Source: an uncultured bacterium
GTDB lineage: Bacteria; CSSED10-310; CAZUFC01
Length of the DNA: 19,824 nt
Direction of reading: 5' to 3'
NCBI GenBank assembly: GCA_964619725.1
Contig: CAZUFC010000139.1
Coordinates: 1 to 19,824 of the forward strand
Shown here: piece by piece, positions 18,090 through 19,824 of the stretch
How the letters are laid out: every line of letters begins with the position of its first letter
How positions within the stretch are numbered: position 1 is the stretch's first letter
Made by a program: the position numbers and the translations under genes
Notes under the pieces: generated by a model
Database searches by the model: none
What the model was told of the DNA's origin: nothing
What the model saw: the letters and a program-made list of their open reading frames with translations, nothing else

Positions 18090-19318
18090 GGCTTTGTCGG
18101 CGTTAAAGAAGGAGTTAAAGTGGGGGTCAACGTAGGCGTCCGGGTCGGAGTGAGCGTCGGAGTAATCGTAGGCGTATAACTGGGCGTTTCCCAGCGAGTC
18201 CAGTAAATGTTCCATCTGACAGGCACGGCGCTAGCCGTTGGAGTTGACGTGCAGGTAGGGGTATAAGAGGGATTACCGGACGGCGTCAGCGTTGGGGTGC
18301 GAGTTGCAGACTGCGTAATAGTCGGAGTTAAAGTCGGCTTGTCCGTGGGGGAGTTCGTCGGCGTATTCGACGGATTCCCCGAAGGCGTCAACGTGGGCGT
18401 CAAAGTCGGCGTCCTCGTCATGGTCCAGGTAGGGATTTCAGTCAGCGTACCGGTCGGCGTCGGCGTCAATGTCGGTCCGGAATCGAAAACCACATGCGGC
18501 TTGTTGGATATGGGATCAATATACAGATACACGAAACTGTGTTCATGATTAACCGGCGTTTCGCCGCCCGCCGGCGTCGGCGTTATGACGTGCTCCTCCG
18601 GAAGAGGCGTTACCGTAATCCATCTTGATAAGCTATAGTCATATTGTTTTATCCACGGATTCACGTCATGCCCTAAAAAAGCGATGTAAATATCGTTTAT
18701 GTCCGATCCTTCCTTCACTATATCCATAACCGGTCCGGCATCTACGCCCTCAGGCGGCGCTGCTGCTATGGGCGTGGGATCGCTGTATATCGGCGTAGGA
18801 CTTTTAAGAACTTCGACCAGATAATATCCCCGCTCATCTTCATCATCAGTAGTCGCTTTCAAATAGGCTATGAATATCCTGCCGTCCGGTCTGACCTTAA
18901 TGGACGGCCTGTAACCGAAACGGGTGTAAGGTATCTCACTGTCGAACCAGGCATCCTCCGACCTGTCGTACATCGTATGAATTATCGCTTCAGCCTTGCC
19001 GATCGGAAAATCCCACGAGGCTATATGCACGTCCCCTGAATCATCCACGTCGGCAGACGGCCCCATGTCCGCTATCCATCCCGTCTCCGCAGAACCTGCA
19101 TTCGATGCCTGGTATACGCTTATGAACTCACCGTCATACAGGTAATTGCCCTCTCCCTCGTAAGCCCGGTTTGTCGCCTTCGCCATATCCTCGTTTCCGG
19201 CTGCTTTTATCGTACCCGTCGCAGCGATTTCATCAGGCAAAAACTGATTGATCGACTCTAACAAAGATGCAGAAAAACATGAGTCGATTAAAATAATAAA
19301 TAAAATTTTGGTCTTCAA
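18086..19318 (-). CDS. exported Thr/Pro-rich protein with beta-propeller-like repeats, possibly C-terminally truncated
   Basis: TTG start at 19318 with AGGAG 7 nt upstream and hydrophobic N-terminus; blade-like repeats ([39 protein letters not shown]) and long TPT runs. Confidence 0.7.
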   Translation of the reverse strand: MKTKILFIILIDSCFSASLLESINQFLPDEIAATGTIKAAGNEDMAKATNRAYEGEGNYLYDGEFISVYQASNAGSAETGWIADMGPSADVDDSGDVHIASWDFPIGKAEAIIHTMYDRSEDAWFDSEIPYTRFGYRPSIKVRPDGRIFIAYLKATTDDEDERGYYLVEVLKSPTPIYSDPTPIAAAPPEGVDAGPVMDIVKEGSDINDIYIAFLGHDVNPWIKQYDYSLSRWITVTPLPEEHVITPTPAGGETPVNHEHSFVYLYIDPISNKPHVVFDSGPTLTPTPTGTLTEIPTWTMTRTPTLTPTLTPSGNPSNTPTNSPTDKPTLTPTITQSATRTPTLTPSGNPSYTPTCTSTPTASAVPVRWNIYWTRWETPSYTPTITPTLTPTRTPTLTPTLTPSLTPTKP

Positions 19319-19670
19319 TTTTTTTCTCCTTTTAATGATGTACCCGCTTAAATGTGCACATAATGTGCAAAATACGATTTTTATGGTGCTCATTAATTCT
19401 ATTACTCCGCCACGATTAATCTCAATACGTCCGTTTTATGCTTCTGGTCAGCTCATATCATCGGTCCGGCTTTCGCTTTCATTCTCAGCAATTAATACAG
19501 AGCAAATTCAGCGCCGGCTGTGGGAATAACGGCAATTAATGAATATCCATGAGTTCTGGAATTTTTTCTTTTGTGCATTTAAAGCACGGAACAGGCCAAT
19601 CGTTGTGTTAATATCCGGCCCTTTAATAAGTTTTCGGAATTGATCAGAATGCGTACTTTGAGGTTACAAT

Positions 19671-19738
19671 TCTTACGAAGGGCTCTAACCCCCGTGCGAA
19701 CCCTGAACCTCCAAAGCGGGATTGGTACTCCGGGGTTT
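19671..19738. repeat. single diverged copy of the 66-bp repeat family, same orientation
   Basis: 19679-19704 matches 15233-15258 at 25/26 nt; 19724-19735 matches 15345-15356 at 11/12 nt. Confidence 0.9.
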
Positions 19739-19824
19739 TTAATGCCGAATCATTTCGTTCAAGATTATCCTCATTAGTGCCTGTCCATAAACTCGATTGT
19801 CGATTCAAAATTTAATGCTGGACA

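Noticed and set aside
18090-18215. 42-aa N-terminal extension of the beta-helix ORF
   Set aside because: Overlaps the upstream gene's TP tract in another frame; the signal peptide begins at ATG 18089
1-19824. Genome-wide UGA reassignment (code 4 or 25)
   Set aside because: TGA ends complete genes (1557, 2414, 3591, 6052), including ATGA-coupled junctions, and no other gene is interrupted

Overview
Bacterial chromosomal window in standard genetic code, with TGA used as a normal stop in several genes. The + strand from ~360 to 15160 carries an M24 Xaa-Pro peptidase, purine nucleoside phosphorylase, a lone OppD/DppD-type ABC ATPase, a PhaR-type regulator plus phasin-like gene, two GT-C-type membrane glycosyltransferase-like genes (one with a C-terminal ILEI-like domain), a rhomboid protease, a ClpP-class (SDH_sah) protease, a DUF1573/Ig-like exported protein, a small membrane protein, an LPG-synthase-TM/flippase-like protein, rsmA and uppP. 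A palindrome-rich composite repeat follows, then two convergent (- strand) genes for exported Thr/Pro-rich proteins, and a diverged copy of the repeat at the far end. The most notable signal is that the ORF track's 10637..11005 and 11021..11923 are one reading frame interrupted by a single TGA exactly at the first Cys of the DUF1573 CGC motif, followed by a SECIS-like hairpin. This is probably a 428-aa exported selenoprotein (G-U-G-C-T) with its own promoter and terminator. All product calls come from motif recognition by eye; no searches were run.
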